Below are positions 54,688 to 64,000 of a stretch of 64,000 bases of DNA, piece by piece; the first letter of the stretch is position 1; the number at the start of each line of letters is the position of its first letter. Made by a program: the position numbers and the translations under genes. Origin of the DNA: Anaeromyxobacteraceae bacterium (GTDB lineage: Bacteria; Myxococcota; Myxococcia; Myxococcales; Anaeromyxobacteraceae); NCBI GenBank assembly GCA_032654565.1, contig JAULAX010000018.1:160001-224000 (forward strand), given 5' to 3'. Below the pieces are notes generated by a model that saw nothing but the letters and a program-made list of their open reading frames with translations, was not told the origin of the DNA and did no database searches.

Positions 54688-56088
54688 ATGAATCAACTCC
54701 GCGTCCTCATCGTCGATGCCGACCCGCAGCCCGGCGCCGCGCTCCGCGCCCAGGTGCGCGAGCTCGGCTTCGAGGCGATCGGGGCCGCCTCCGCCGAGGA
54801 GGCGCTGCGGCTGGCGACCGCCCTGCGTCCGGAGGTGGCGCTGCTCGAGGTGACCGCCCCCGGCTGCACCGAGGCCAGCCTGGTCCAGCGGCTGCGCGCC
54901 CTCGGCGGCACCGCGGCGGTGGTGGTGGGCGCCGGTGGCGAGGGGGCCCTGGCGCTGGTGGCGCTGCGGTCGGGCGCCGACGGCTACCTGGCCCGGCCGC
55001 ACCAGCCCTCCGGCCTGCAGGCGGCGCTGCTGCGGGCCGGCGAGCGGCGGGCGCTGCGGCTCGAGATCGCCGGGCTGCGGGAGCGGATCCGGCGCCGGCT
55101 GGCGCTGATCGGCAACTCGCCGGAGCTGGCCGCGGTCTTCGAGCTGATGCGGCGGGTGGCGCCCACCAAGGCCGCCGTCCTCATCCACGGGGAGTCGGGC
55201 GCCGGCAAGCACCACCTCGCCCAGGTGGTCCACGAGCTCTCGCCGCGGCGTGAGCGCCCCTTCGTGGCGGTCAACTGCGCCGCGGTCTCCGAGACCCTGG
55301 TCGACGCGCTCCTCTTCGGCCACGAGAAGGGGGCCTTCGAGGAGGCCGACCGGCGCCGCGTCGGCCGCGTCGACGAGGCGCGCGGCGGGACGCTCTACCT
55401 GCACGAGGTGGGGCGGCTGCCGCCGGCGGTCCAGGTGCGGCTGCTGCGGGTCCTGCAGGAGGGGGTCTTCGAGCGGATGGGCGGGCGCGAGCTGGTGTCC
55501 GCCGACGTCCGGGTGGTGGCCGGCTCCAGCCGCGACCTGGCCGAGGAGGTGCGCCACGGGCGGTTCCGCGACGACCTCTACTACCGCCTCAACGTGGTCT
55601 CGGCGACGCTGCCGCCGCTGCGCGACCGCAAGGCCGACATCCCGGCGCTGGTGGCCTTCCTGCTCGCCGAGCGGGCCAGCGCCGCGGGCGTGGCGCCGCT
55701 CACCGCCGCCCCCGGGGTGCTCTCCGCCTTCTTCGCCTACCCGTGGCCCGGCAACCTGCGAGAGCTGGCGGCGGCCGTCGAGGAGGCGGCGTCGCGGGCC
55801 ACCGGCGGCGAGGTGCGCCCCGAGGACCTGCCGGCGGTCCTCACCGGCGGCCAGGCCGAGGAGGGCGGTGGCAGCGGCCTCATCCCCGGCGCCACGCTCT
55901 TCGAGATCGAGCGCGAGGCCATCCTGCGGACCCTGGAGCAGGCGGAGGGCTCCACCGCCCGCGCCGCCGAGGTGCTGGGCGTCTCGGTGCGGAAGATCCA
56001 GTACCGGCTCAAGGAGTACCGGGCCGGCCTGCCCGGCGCCGGACTCCCCGCGGCGGTCGCCTTCGGCGGGGAGTCAGACCACCGCTGA
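54688..56088 (+). CDS. Degenerate NtrC-like sigma54 activator (REC-AAA+-HTH)
   Basis: Walker A GESGAGK is present, but GAFEEA replaces GAFTGA, LYLHEV replaces Walker B, and Glu occupies the REC phosphoacceptor position. Confidence 0.85.
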   Translation: MNQLRVLIVDADPQPGAALRAQVRELGFEAIGAASAEEALRLATALRPEVALLEVTAPGCTEASLVQRLRALGGTAAVVVGAGGEGALALVALRSGADGYLARPHQPSGLQAALLRAGERRALRLEIAGLRERIRRRLALIGNSPELAAVFELMRRVAPTKAAVLIHGESGAGKHHLAQVVHELSPRRERPFVAVNCAAVSETLVDALLFGHEKGAFEEADRRRVGRVDEARGGTLYLHEVGRLPPAVQVRLLRVLQEGVFERMGGRELVSADVRVVAGSSRDLAEEVRHGRFRDDLYYRLNVVSATLPPLRDRKADIPALVAFLLAERASAAGVAPLTAAPGVLSAFFAYPWPGNLRELAAAVEEAASRATGGEVRPEDLPAVLTGGQAEEGGGSGLIPGATLFEIEREAILRTLEQAEGSTARAAEVLGVSVRKIQYRLKEYRAGLPGAGLPAAVAFGGESDHR

Positions 56089-56145
56089 GGCCGGGCCGGG
56101 ACGGCCGCGAGGCTCAGGGCCCGCGAGGGACTCCCTCACGGCCTC

Positions 56146-57006
56146 TCAGCTCTGGGTGTAGACGTGGGCGCTCTCCTCGGCGGTGGGCAGGACGCTGATG
56201 CCGAGGTAGGTGAACATCACCACCGCGAAGCCGATGATGGCCAGCCAGGCGGCCCGGTCGCCGCGCCAGCCGCGCACCTTGCGCAGGTGCAGGTAGGCGC
56301 CGTAGACCAGCCAGGTCACCAGCGACCAGTTCTCCTTGGGATCCCAGACCCAGAAGTCACCCCAGGCGCTCTTGGCCCAGACCGAGCCCACCAGCAGGCC
56401 GACGGTGAGCAGCACGAAGCCGAAGCGGACGGCGTCGTAGCTGATGCGGTCGAGGTCGAGCGGCTCGCCGGAGAGCACCGAGCCGGCCTTCAGGGTGGTG
56501 AGCCGGTGCACGAAGGGGATGCGGCTGGCCAGCAGCTGCACCACCGCCACCCCGGTGGCGATGGCCACGGCGGCGTAGCCGATGAAGTAGACCATGACGT
56601 GGGGCACGAACCAGCCGGACTGCAGCGCCGGCGGCAGCTTGACGATCTCGGCGTCCCACTTGGCCAGGGCGTAGGCCATGGAGCCGAAGGCCATCAGGCC
56701 GCCGGCCACGCCGAAGAGCCGCGTCTTGTAGAGCCGCTCGAAGACCAGGTAGAGCAGGGCGATGCAGAAGGCGAAGAAGACCAGCGACTCGAAGAGCGAC
56801 TTGAACGGCGCCCGGCCGGCCTCCAGCCAGCGGCCGACGATGACCGCGGTGTTGAGCGCCACGCCGGCGGCCATCAGCGCGGTCCCGATCCGGCCGGGGA
56901 GCCGGCTCGGCGAGACCCAGGCCAGGCCGTAGGCCAGCGTCGAGGCCAGGTAGAGCAGGCTGGTGAGGGCGAAGAAGGGGTGTTCGAGGAAGACGTACTG
57001 GAGCAT
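56146..57006 (-). CDS. System II cytochrome c biogenesis protein (ResC/CcsA-type, WWD domain)
   Basis: PALQSGWFVPHV, WAKSAWGDFWVWDPKE, YLH and C-terminal HVY. Confidence 0.93.
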   Translation of the reverse strand: MLQYVFLEHPFFALTSLLYLASTLAYGLAWVSPSRLPGRIGTALMAAGVALNTAVIVGRWLEAGRAPFKSLFESLVFFAFCIALLYLVFERLYKTRLFGVAGGLMAFGSMAYALAKWDAEIVKLPPALQSGWFVPHVMVYFIGYAAVAIATGVAVVQLLASRIPFVHRLTTLKAGSVLSGEPLDLDRISYDAVRFGFVLLTVGLLVGSVWAKSAWGDFWVWDPKENWSLVTWLVYGAYLHLRKVRGWRGDRAAWLAIIGFAVVMFTYLGISVLPTAEESAHVYTQS

Positions 57007-57018
57007 GGGTGATCTCCT

Positions 57019-58644
57019 TCAGACCGGGGCGGCCGTGGACGCCGGGGGCGCCGGGCGGTCGATGCCGCCGCCGCGGAGGCGGGGCTCGACGTAGAGCATG
57101 TAGAAGACGCCGACGCAGATGAGCGTGAAGCCGACGAAGACCCAGAGGACGCCCGGGTCGCGGACCGCCTCGAGGCCGGAGTAGCTGGGATCCTCGGGGT
57201 TGTAGTTCACCTGGTAGAGGGTCCAGCCGCCGAAGTCCATGGGGTCGTTCACCGAGATCACGGCCCGCTCCAGGGTGTTCCCCTGGCGGGCGGTGACGTG
57301 GGAGAGGAAGGCCTTGACCTCCTTGTCGCGCTTCTCGAAGACCAGCGCCGACCGGCCGTCGCGCAGGAACACCCCGCGCGGCTGGGCGGCGGTCGCCAGG
57401 GTCTCCGAGGGCCGGCCGTTCAGCTCGGTCTCGAAGACCACCGCCGGGTTGTTCCACAGGCGGCTGCGGGTCTGGTAGACGGCGGTGCGCGTCGCGTGGG
57501 GCAGCAGCTGGTCGAAGCGGACCGCGCCGCCGAGCAGGACCAGCCCGTCGGTGAGCGGCTGGGTGGCGTCGCCGTCGGCGCGGTGGATCACGACCCGCCG
57601 CTCCTGCGCCGACACCAGCACCGCGGTGGGGTGTCCGGGCGGCGCCGGCAGCTGGTCGCCGAAGGCCACCGCCAGGGCGCCGTCGGCCGTGGTCACCACC
57701 TCGCCGGGCTGCAGCCACTGGGGGCGGCCGGCCAGCGTCACCAGCAGCGCCGCCGGCCCGTCGGCGGCCGGGGTCACCTTGGGCGCCACCTCGAAGTCGG
57801 GGTAGATGGCCTTGAGCCGGAAGCGATCGCCCTGGGGCAGCCGGTGCCAGCCGAGGTCCGGGTCGAAGCTGGTCTTCAGCTTGTAGTCGTCGAGGGCCAC
57901 GCCGTCCCGGACGATGCGGACCTTCTCGTAGTAGCCGACCCGGTACTCGGTCTCGTAGTTGACGAGGTCGAACTGGTCGAGCTTGAGCTCGAACGCCAGC
58001 TGCTCGGTGGCGCCGGTGGCCACCCCCCCCTTGGTGACGCGGACCTGGTGGGCCACGTCGCCGCCGGCGAAGAGGTCGATGCGGCCGCGCACCGAGAGCA
58101 TGCTGGAGGCGGCGGCGCCGGCGCCGGAGACCAGCAGGCCGACGTGGGCGATGAAGAACCCGGCCCGCCGGGCCGAGATGGGCCACCGCAGCGATGCCGA
58201 GGCGAGGATGGCGGCGCCGAAGAGGGCCATCAGGCCGGCGTAGGGCAGCCCGTGGAAGATGTCGTCGAAGCGGAGCGCCAGGATCAGGCCGGCCACCGCC
58301 GGGTACTTGGCCCGGTAGAGCTCGGCCGGCTTCCCCTGCAGGATCAGCGTCCCGAGGATGGCGAAGATGGCCAGGGCGATGAGCAGCGAGGAGGTGAAGC
58401 GGAAGCCGGTCAGCGTGGCCCGCAGCCGCCCCGGGACCAGGAAGGTGAGGCCGAGCAGCACCAGGCTGGCGATGCCGGTGGCCGCCACCAGGGTGGTCGG
58501 ACCGGGCGGGATCCAGATCTGGACGACGGCGCCGATGACCATGGCCCCGAAGACCAGCAGCGTGACCAGCCGGGCCTCGCGCTCGGCGGCGCTGGGGGCG
58601 GCCTCCGGCGCCGGGCCGGGGGAAGTCGAAGAGTTGCTCACCAT
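57019..58644 (-). CDS. System II cytochrome c biogenesis protein (ResB/Ccs1-type)
   Basis: GTLILQ, AHVGLL, VNDPM...LYQ and RDPG followed by a C-terminal TM; adjacent to the ResC-type gene. Confidence 0.85.
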   Translation of the reverse strand: MVSNSSTSPGPAPEAAPSAAEREARLVTLLVFGAMVIGAVVQIWIPPGPTTLVAATGIASLVLLGLTFLVPGRLRATLTGFRFTSSLLIALAIFAILGTLILQGKPAELYRAKYPAVAGLILALRFDDIFHGLPYAGLMALFGAAILASASLRWPISARRAGFFIAHVGLLVSGAGAAASSMLSVRGRIDLFAGGDVAHQVRVTKGGVATGATEQLAFELKLDQFDLVNYETEYRVGYYEKVRIVRDGVALDDYKLKTSFDPDLGWHRLPQGDRFRLKAIYPDFEVAPKVTPAADGPAALLVTLAGRPQWLQPGEVVTTADGALAVAFGDQLPAPPGHPTAVLVSAQERRVVIHRADGDATQPLTDGLVLLGGAVRFDQLLPHATRTAVYQTRSRLWNNPAVVFETELNGRPSETLATAAQPRGVFLRDGRSALVFEKRDKEVKAFLSHVTARQGNTLERAVISVNDPMDFGGWTLYQVNYNPEDPSYSGLEAVRDPGVLWVFVGFTLICVGVFYMLYVEPRLRGGGIDRPAPPASTAAPV

Positions 58645-58668
58645 GTACCTCCGTGAAAGCCCGAGACC

Positions 58669-58684
58669 AGCAAGCCACGTGCCC
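58669..58684 (-). promoter_or_regulatory. Sigma54 (-24/-12) promoter for the cytochrome c maturation pair
   Basis: Minus strand GGGCAC-GTGGC-TTGCT, 24 nt before ATG 58644, with a GGAGGT RBS in between. Confidence 0.75.
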
Positions 58685-58999
58685 TGACTCGCGGTCCCGA
58701 AGCCCCCGGAATCCGGGGGACAACAAGCCGAATCACCCCGCCACGTCCCGCAGGATCAGCGAGGGCGCCGACCGCCGGCGCAAACGCTGCACCCGCCCGA
58801 TTCTCCCGGACCGGGACGTGGAAGAGGGCGGGAACATGGCACACCCCGGGCCGCATCGGAAGTGGAACAGGCGACCGCGAAGTCCATTCTCGTGCGGCGT
58901 ACTGGCGCCGTACTTTTCAACGGGGAGTAAACAGAGACGCGAAGAGGGCCGGCCGCGCCTGCGGTCGACCCCCTCCGGCTCCAGCGAGACGACACCCGC

Positions 59000-60310
59000 C
59001 TACATGGTCGGGCTCATGCCCGGCATGCCGGCCGGCGGGGCGCCGGTGTCGTCGGGGCCGGCGGGCGGCGCCGGGGGCACCTGCATGCCGCTGCCGTCCA
59101 TGCCCGGCTCCGCGCCGTCGTGGACCGGGCTCTCGCCGGCGTCGCCCGGATCGCTCAGCTCCACCGGCTCGACGGCCAGCGTGCAGCGGTCGGCCCAGGT
59201 GCCGGCGCCGGCGACCACCGTCCCCACCCCGCCCTGGGCGGCCACGCAGGCGGCCGGCGCCTGGGGGCGATCGCACAGGTACCACTCCTTGAAGACCATG
59301 GTGAGCGGCGCGCCCGCGGTGGCCGGCGCGTAGCAGGCGCGGCCGAAGTAGTAGCTGGAGTTCCAGCTGGCGCCGGGCACGTCGCCGCGGGGCGTGGCCA
59401 TGGGATCGACCACCGGCGGGGAGGCGGTGCGGTCGAGCGGCCTCCAGTTGGTGACCACCGAGAAGGTGCGGCCGGCCACGCCGGGGAGCCAGGCGGCCCG
59501 ACCCAGCAGCAGCTCCTCGCCGTTCGGGCCCACCAGCAGGTCACGCGGGGTGGCGACGCGGACGCGGCGGACGCCGGCGGCGTTCTTCATGCCCACGTAG
59601 GCGGCGGTGACCGGCGCCTGGACGGCGGCGTCGGGCGTGAACTCCACCAGCCGGTAGCGGAGCGACTTGGCGCCGGCGCCGTTGGCGAAGCCGGCCAGCA
59701 GGAAGCCGTCGCCCGGGGCCAGCGGCTGCACCGCCTTGAGGTTGCGCAGGTTGATGGCCAGCCGTCCGACGCCGCGGTGGCCGTGGGGGCCGCGCGCCAG
59801 CCAGCCGGCCGCCACCGGCTTGAAGTCGGCGGCGAGGGTGGAGGCGACCGGCCGGGCCTGGAGCAGCCAGGTGAAGACGTGGTCGCGCTCCCGCTTCACG
59901 CCCAGCACGAAGGTGGCCGAGGCGGCGCAGGCGCCGGCGGCGTCCTTCACCACGCAGCGGTCGGCCGGGCCGTAGACCATCCGGTCGCCGACGGCGGGGG
60001 CGCCACCGGCCTGGACCGCCTCCTCGACCCGCTCCATGACCCGGCGCAGCTCGCCGTTGAGCCCCTTGAGCTCGGCGCGCAGGGCGGCCAGCTCGTCGCC
60101 GTCGGCCGGGGCGGCGACCAGCAGCGCCTCCGGGGCCGGCGCGGCGGCAGCCGTGGCGGGCAGCACCGGCAGCCCCTCGGCGGCGCCGCCGGAGACCTCC
60201 AGGGTCAGGCCGGCGACGTCAGGGGTGGCGCCTGCGAAGTCGTCGCTCTTCTGGCCGCAGCCGGTCAGCGCCAGGGCGGCGGCGCTCAGCAAGGTGATGG
60301 TGGTCTTCAT
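59000..60310 (-). CDS. Lipoprotein of unknown function
   Basis: MKTTITLLSAAALALTGC lipobox, GGAGGAG RBS, six further Cys, Pro/Gly/Met-rich tail, no CxxCH. Confidence 0.75.
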   Translation of the reverse strand: MKTTITLLSAAALALTGCGQKSDDFAGATPDVAGLTLEVSGGAAEGLPVLPATAAAAPAPEALLVAAPADGDELAALRAELKGLNGELRRVMERVEEAVQAGGAPAVGDRMVYGPADRCVVKDAAGACAASATFVLGVKRERDHVFTWLLQARPVASTLAADFKPVAAGWLARGPHGHRGVGRLAINLRNLKAVQPLAPGDGFLLAGFANGAGAKSLRYRLVEFTPDAAVQAPVTAAYVGMKNAAGVRRVRVATPRDLLVGPNGEELLLGRAAWLPGVAGRTFSVVTNWRPLDRTASPPVVDPMATPRGDVPGASWNSSYYFGRACYAPATAGAPLTMVFKEWYLCDRPQAPAACVAAQGGVGTVVAGAGTWADRCTLAVEPVELSDPGDAGESPVHDGAEPGMDGSGMQVPPAPPAGPDDTGAPPAGMPGMSPTM

Positions 60311-60467
60311 GTCGGGTCTCCTCCGGGGAGCGGCGCAGGGGTGTTCCCACGAGGCGCTCCTCCACCTCAACACCGGGGCCCGGCCCGGGTTGCGGTCGGC
60401 CTCCGGACCCCCCGGCAAGCTGCACGAAGATCAGGCAGCTGCACGAAATCCGGCAGTCCTTACGGGC

Positions 60468-60497
60468 TTGACGCTCCTTCCCGCCTTGGGTCACACT
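60468..60497 (+). promoter_or_regulatory. Possible sigma70-type promoter for gltB
   Basis: TTGACG-N18-CACACT. Confidence 0.4.
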
Positions 60498-60612
60498 CGC
60501 CGGTCCATTTCAGGACGACACGGCACAGAACCCGGTGCGCGACGTGGCCAGCGGGTGGCCAGGGCCAGCACCGGGCGGGCGGGGATCGAGCCCCACCAGG
60601 ACCAGGGAAGAG

Positions 60613-63600
60613 ATGAGCGAGACCGGTTACCCAGCCAGGCAGGGGCTCTACGATCCGCGCGACGAGAAGGACGCCTGCGGCTTCGGCTTCGTGGTCGACC
60701 TGAAGGGGCGGGCCTCCCACGACATCGTCGAGAAGGCCCTCCAGGTGCTGGTCAACCTCGAGCACCGCGGGGCGGTGGGGGCCGAGAAGGACACCGGCGA
60801 CGGCGCCGGCATCCTGCTGCAGGTCCCGCACGCCTTCCTGCGCGAGCGCTGCGGCAAGCTCGGCTTCGCGCTGCCCGGCGCCGGCCAGTACGGCGTCGGC
60901 ATGGTCTTCCTGCCGCCGGGCGCCGAGGGGCGCGCCGCCTGCGAGCGGATCGTCGACGAGACCATCCGCCTCGAGGGGCAGCGGGTGCTGGGCTGGCGCG
61001 ACGTGCCCACCGACGCCGCCACCCTGGGGCCGTCGGCCAAGAGCTCGCAGCCGGTGATCCGGCAGGTCTTCGTGGGGCGCGGCGAGGGGCCGGCCGACGA
61101 CCTGGCCTTCGAGCGGAAGCTCTACGTGATCCGCCGCCAGGTGGAGAAGAAGGTGTCGCGCTCGGCCATCCCCGGCCGCAGCCACTTCTACCTGCCCAGC
61201 CTCAGCTACAAGACCATCGTCTTCAAGGGGATGCTCAACGCCCCGCAGCTGCGCGAGTTCTACCCCGACCTGCGGGACACCGGCGTGGTCTCGGCGCTGG
61301 GCATGGTCCACTCGCGCTTCTCCACCAACACCTTCCCCTCCTGGTCGCGCGCCCACCCCTACCGCTACATCTCGCACAACGGCGAGATCAACACCCTGCG
61401 CGGCAACATCAACTGGATGCACGCCCGCCAGTCGATGATGAAGTCGGCGCTCTTCGGCGACGACCTGCAGAAGATCCTCACCGTGGTCGACACCGACGGC
61501 TCCGACTCCGGCATGTTCGACAACGTGCTGGAGCTGCTGACGCTGGCGGGGCGCGAGCTGCCCCACGCCATCATGATGATGGTGCCCGAGGCCTGGAGCC
61601 GCCACGAGGCCATGAGCGCCGAGCGGAAGGCCTTCTACGAGTTCCACTCCTGCCTGATGGAGCCCTGGGACGGCCCGGCCTCCATCGCCTTCACCGACGG
61701 CGTCCGCATCGGCGCGGTGCTGGACCGCAACGGCCTGCGCCCCAGCCGCTACTACGTCACCCGCGACGACCTGGTGGTGATGGCCTCCGAGGTCGGGGTG
61801 CTCGACATCCCCGCCGACCAGATCGTCCAGAAGGGGCGGCTGCAGCCGGGCCGGATCTTCTACGTCGACACCCTGGAGAAGCGCATCGTCCCCGACGAGG
61901 AGCTGAAGCTCCGCCTCTCCGTCGCCCAGCCCTACGCCGCCTGGCTGGAGGAGCACATGGTCCGGCTCGACCAGCTCCCCAAGCCGGGCCGGGTCATCGA
62001 GCCGGATCACGAGACGGTGCTGCGGCGGCAGGAGGTGTTCGGCTACACCTCCGAGGACGTCGAGCGGCTGATCCGCCCCATGGCCACCGACGGCGCCGAG
62101 CCCATCGGCTCGATGGGCACCGACACCCCGCTGGCGGTCCTCTCCGAGAGGCCGCAGCTGCTCTTCAGCTACTTCAAGCAGCTCTTCGCCCAGGTGACCA
62201 ACCCACCGGTCGACGCCATCCGCGAGGACCTGATCATGGCGGTGGAGACCGCGGTGGGGCCGGAGGGCAACCTGCTGGAGGCCCGGCCGGAGTCGGCCCG
62301 GCAGCTGGCGCTCCCCTCGCCGGTGATCCGCAACGAGGAGCTGGAGCGGATCCGCGGCCTCGACGGCGGGCCGGGCGCCAAGGGGCTCAAGGCCATCACC
62401 CTGCCCACGCTCTTCAAGGCCTCGGCGGGCGGCGCCGGCCTGCGCAAGGCGCTGGAGGACCTGCGCTGGCGGGTCTCGGAGTGCATCGCCGAGGGGTACA
62501 ACATCATCATCCTCTCCGACCGCGGCCTCGACGCCACCGACGCCCCCATCCCCTCGCTGCTGGCGGTCTCGGCGGTGCAGCACCACCTCATCAAGGAGGG
62601 GACCCGGACCCGCTGCGGCCTGGTGCTGGAGTCGGGCGAGCCGCGCGAGGTGCACCACTTCGCGCTGCTGACCGGCTACGGCGCCTCGGCCGTCAACCCC
62701 TACCTGGCCTTCGAGACCATCCACGACCAGGTGAAGCTGGGGATGATCCCGGGCACGGCGGCCGACGCCGAGAAGAAGTACGCCAATGCGGTCTCCAAGG
62801 GGATCGTCAAGGTCATCTCCAAGATGGGGATCTCGACCATCCAGAGCTACCACGGCGCCCAGGTGTTCGAGGCGGTGGGGCTGAACCAGGACTTCATCGA
62901 CGAGTACTTCACCTGGACCGCCACCCGCATCGGCGGCGTCGGCATCGACGTGGTGGCCACCGAGGCCCGGCAGCGCCACGAGCGCGGCTTCCCGCCGCGG
63001 CGCCCCATCGTGCACCGCAGCCTGCCGGCCGGCGGCCAGTACCAGTACCGGGCCGGCGGCGAGCACCACCTCTTCAACCCGGAGACCGTGCACCGCCTGC
63101 AGGTGGCCACCCGCACCGGCGACTACAAGGTCTTCAAGGACTACACCGCGCTGGTCGACAACCAGGCCCGCAACCTCTGCACCCTGCGCGGCCTGATGGA
63201 CCTGAAGCCGGCCGCCCGGCCGGTGCCCATCGAGGAGGTCGAGCCGGTCGAGGCCATCATGCGCCGCTTCAAGACCGGCGCCATGAGCTACGGCTCCATC
63301 TCCAAGGAGGCCCACGAGGCGCTGGCCATCGCCATGAACCGGATCGGCGGCAAGTCGAACACCGGCGAGGGCGGCGAGGACCCGGCCCGCTACACCCTGG
63401 AGCCCAACGGCGACTCCAAGAACTCGGCCATCAAGCAGGTGGCCAGCGGCCGCTTCGGCGTCACCAGCCTCTACCTGGTCAACGCCCGCGAGCTGCAGAT
63501 CAAGATGGCCCAGGGGGCCAAGCCGGGCGAGGGCGGCCAGCTGCCCGGCGGCAAGGTCTACCCGTGGATCGCCAAGGTGCGCCACGCCACCCCCGGGGTC

Positions 63601-64000
63601 GGCCTGATCTCGCCGCCGCCGCACCACGACATCTACTCCATCGAGGACCTGGCCCAGCTCATCCACGACCTCAAGAACGCCAACCACAAGGCCCGCATCT
63701 CGGTGAAGCTGGTCGCCGAGGTGGGGGTGGGCACCATCGCCGCCGGCGTCGCCAAGGCCCACGCCGACGTGGTGCTGATCTCCGGCCACGACGGCGGCAC
63801 CGGGGCCTCGCCGCTCACCTCCATCAAGCACGCCGGCATCCCCTGGGAGCTGGGCCTGGCCGAGGCCCACCAGGTGCTGGTGCTCAACGACCTGCGCAGC
63901 CGCATCGCCGTCGAGGTCGACGGCCAGCTCAAGACCGGCCGCGACGTGGTGGTTGGGGCGCTGCTGGGGGCCGAGGAGTTCGGCTTCGCCACCGGGCCGC
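60613..64000 (+). CDS. gltB: Glutamate synthase large subunit, 5' part (runs off the window; absent from the ORF track)
   Basis: GLYDP...[57 protein letters not shown] and [14 protein letters not shown] motifs. Confidence 0.97.
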   Translation, partial: MSETGYPARQGLYDPRDEKDACGFGFVVDLKGRASHDIVEKALQVLVNLEHRGAVGAEKDTGDGAGILLQVPHAFLRERCGKLGFALPGAGQYGVGMVFLPPGAEGRAACERIVDETIRLEGQRVLGWRDVPTDAATLGPSAKSSQPVIRQVFVGRGEGPADDLAFERKLYVIRRQVEKKVSRSAIPGRSHFYLPSLSYKTIVFKGMLNAPQLREFYPDLRDTGVVSALGMVHSRFSTNTFPSWSRAHPYRYISHNGEINTLRGNINWMHARQSMMKSALFGDDLQKILTVVDTDGSDSGMFDNVLELLTLAGRELPHAIMMMVPEAWSRHEAMSAERKAFYEFHSCLMEPWDGPASIAFTDGVRIGAVLDRNGLRPSRYYVTRDDLVVMASEVGVLDIPADQIVQKGRLQPGRIFYVDTLEKRIVPDEELKLRLSVAQPYAAWLEEHMVRLDQLPKPGRVIEPDHETVLRRQEVFGYTSEDVERLIRPMATDGAEPIGSMGTDTPLAVLSERPQLLFSYFKQLFAQVTNPPVDAIREDLIMAVETAVGPEGNLLEARPESARQLALPSPVIRNEELERIRGLDGGPGAKGLKAITLPTLFKASAGGAGLRKALEDLRWRVSECIAEGYNIIILSDRGLDATDAPIPSLLAVSAVQHHLIKEGTRTRCGLVLESGEPREVHHFALLTGYGASAVNPYLAFETIHDQVKLGMIPGTAADAEKKYANAVSKGIVKVISKMGISTIQSYHGAQVFEAVGLNQDFIDEYFTWTATRIGGVGIDVVATEARQRHERGFPPRRPIVHRSLPAGGQYQYRAGGEHHLFNPETVHRLQVATRTGDYKVFKDYTALVDNQARNLCTLRGLMDLKPAARPVPIEEVEPVEAIMRRFKTGAMSYGSISKEAHEALAIAMNRIGGKSNTGEGGEDPARYTLEPNGDSKNSAIKQVASGRFGVTSLYLVNARELQIKMAQGAKPGEGGQLPGGKVYPWIAKVRHATPGVGLISPPPHHDIYSIEDLAQLIHDLKNANHKARISVKLVAEVGVGTIAAGVAKAHADVVLISGHDGGTGASPLTSIKHAGIPWELGLAEAHQVLVLNDLRSRIAVEVDGQLKTGRDVVVGALLGAEEFGFATGP

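Overview
A very GC-rich chromosomal window whose gene content and order suggest Myxococcota, probably an Anaeromyxobacter-like organism (inference). It is mostly core and energy genes: pduO-type adenosyltransferase, a circularly permuted ATP-grasp-like protein, a diguanylate cyclase/hybrid kinase/sigma54-activator cluster, rarA, nadK, recN, PP2C phosphatase, M23 and NlpC/P60 hydrolases, secA, a two-polypeptide fused 2-oxoacid:ferredoxin oxidoreductase, sdhCAB, surE-nlpD-apt, a rubrerythrin/Fe-S oxidoreductase/DUF3501 cluster, aat, a 12-gene alternative complex III plus A2-type caa3 oxidase operon with a perfect FNR-type box, System II cytochrome c maturation genes and the 5' part of gltB. I found no CRISPR array, rRNA, tRNA, intact transposase or prophage. 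The least explained signals are non-coding. Two long intergenic blocks (9343-10248 and 31054-31652) end in the same ~44-nt hairpin, with a conserved loop and flanks and compensatory stem changes. One block carries mobile-element debris and the other a 243-nt fold-back. Also notable are a degenerate sigma54 activator under a sigma54 promoter, a frameshifted MarR gene, a 57-aa ORF missing from the ORF track behind an ECF-type promoter, a Cache/HAMP sensor with no output domain, and a recurrent leaderless-promoter geometry that includes a 22-bp bidirectional rarA/nadK promoter. All protein calls come from motif recognition only; no searches were run.
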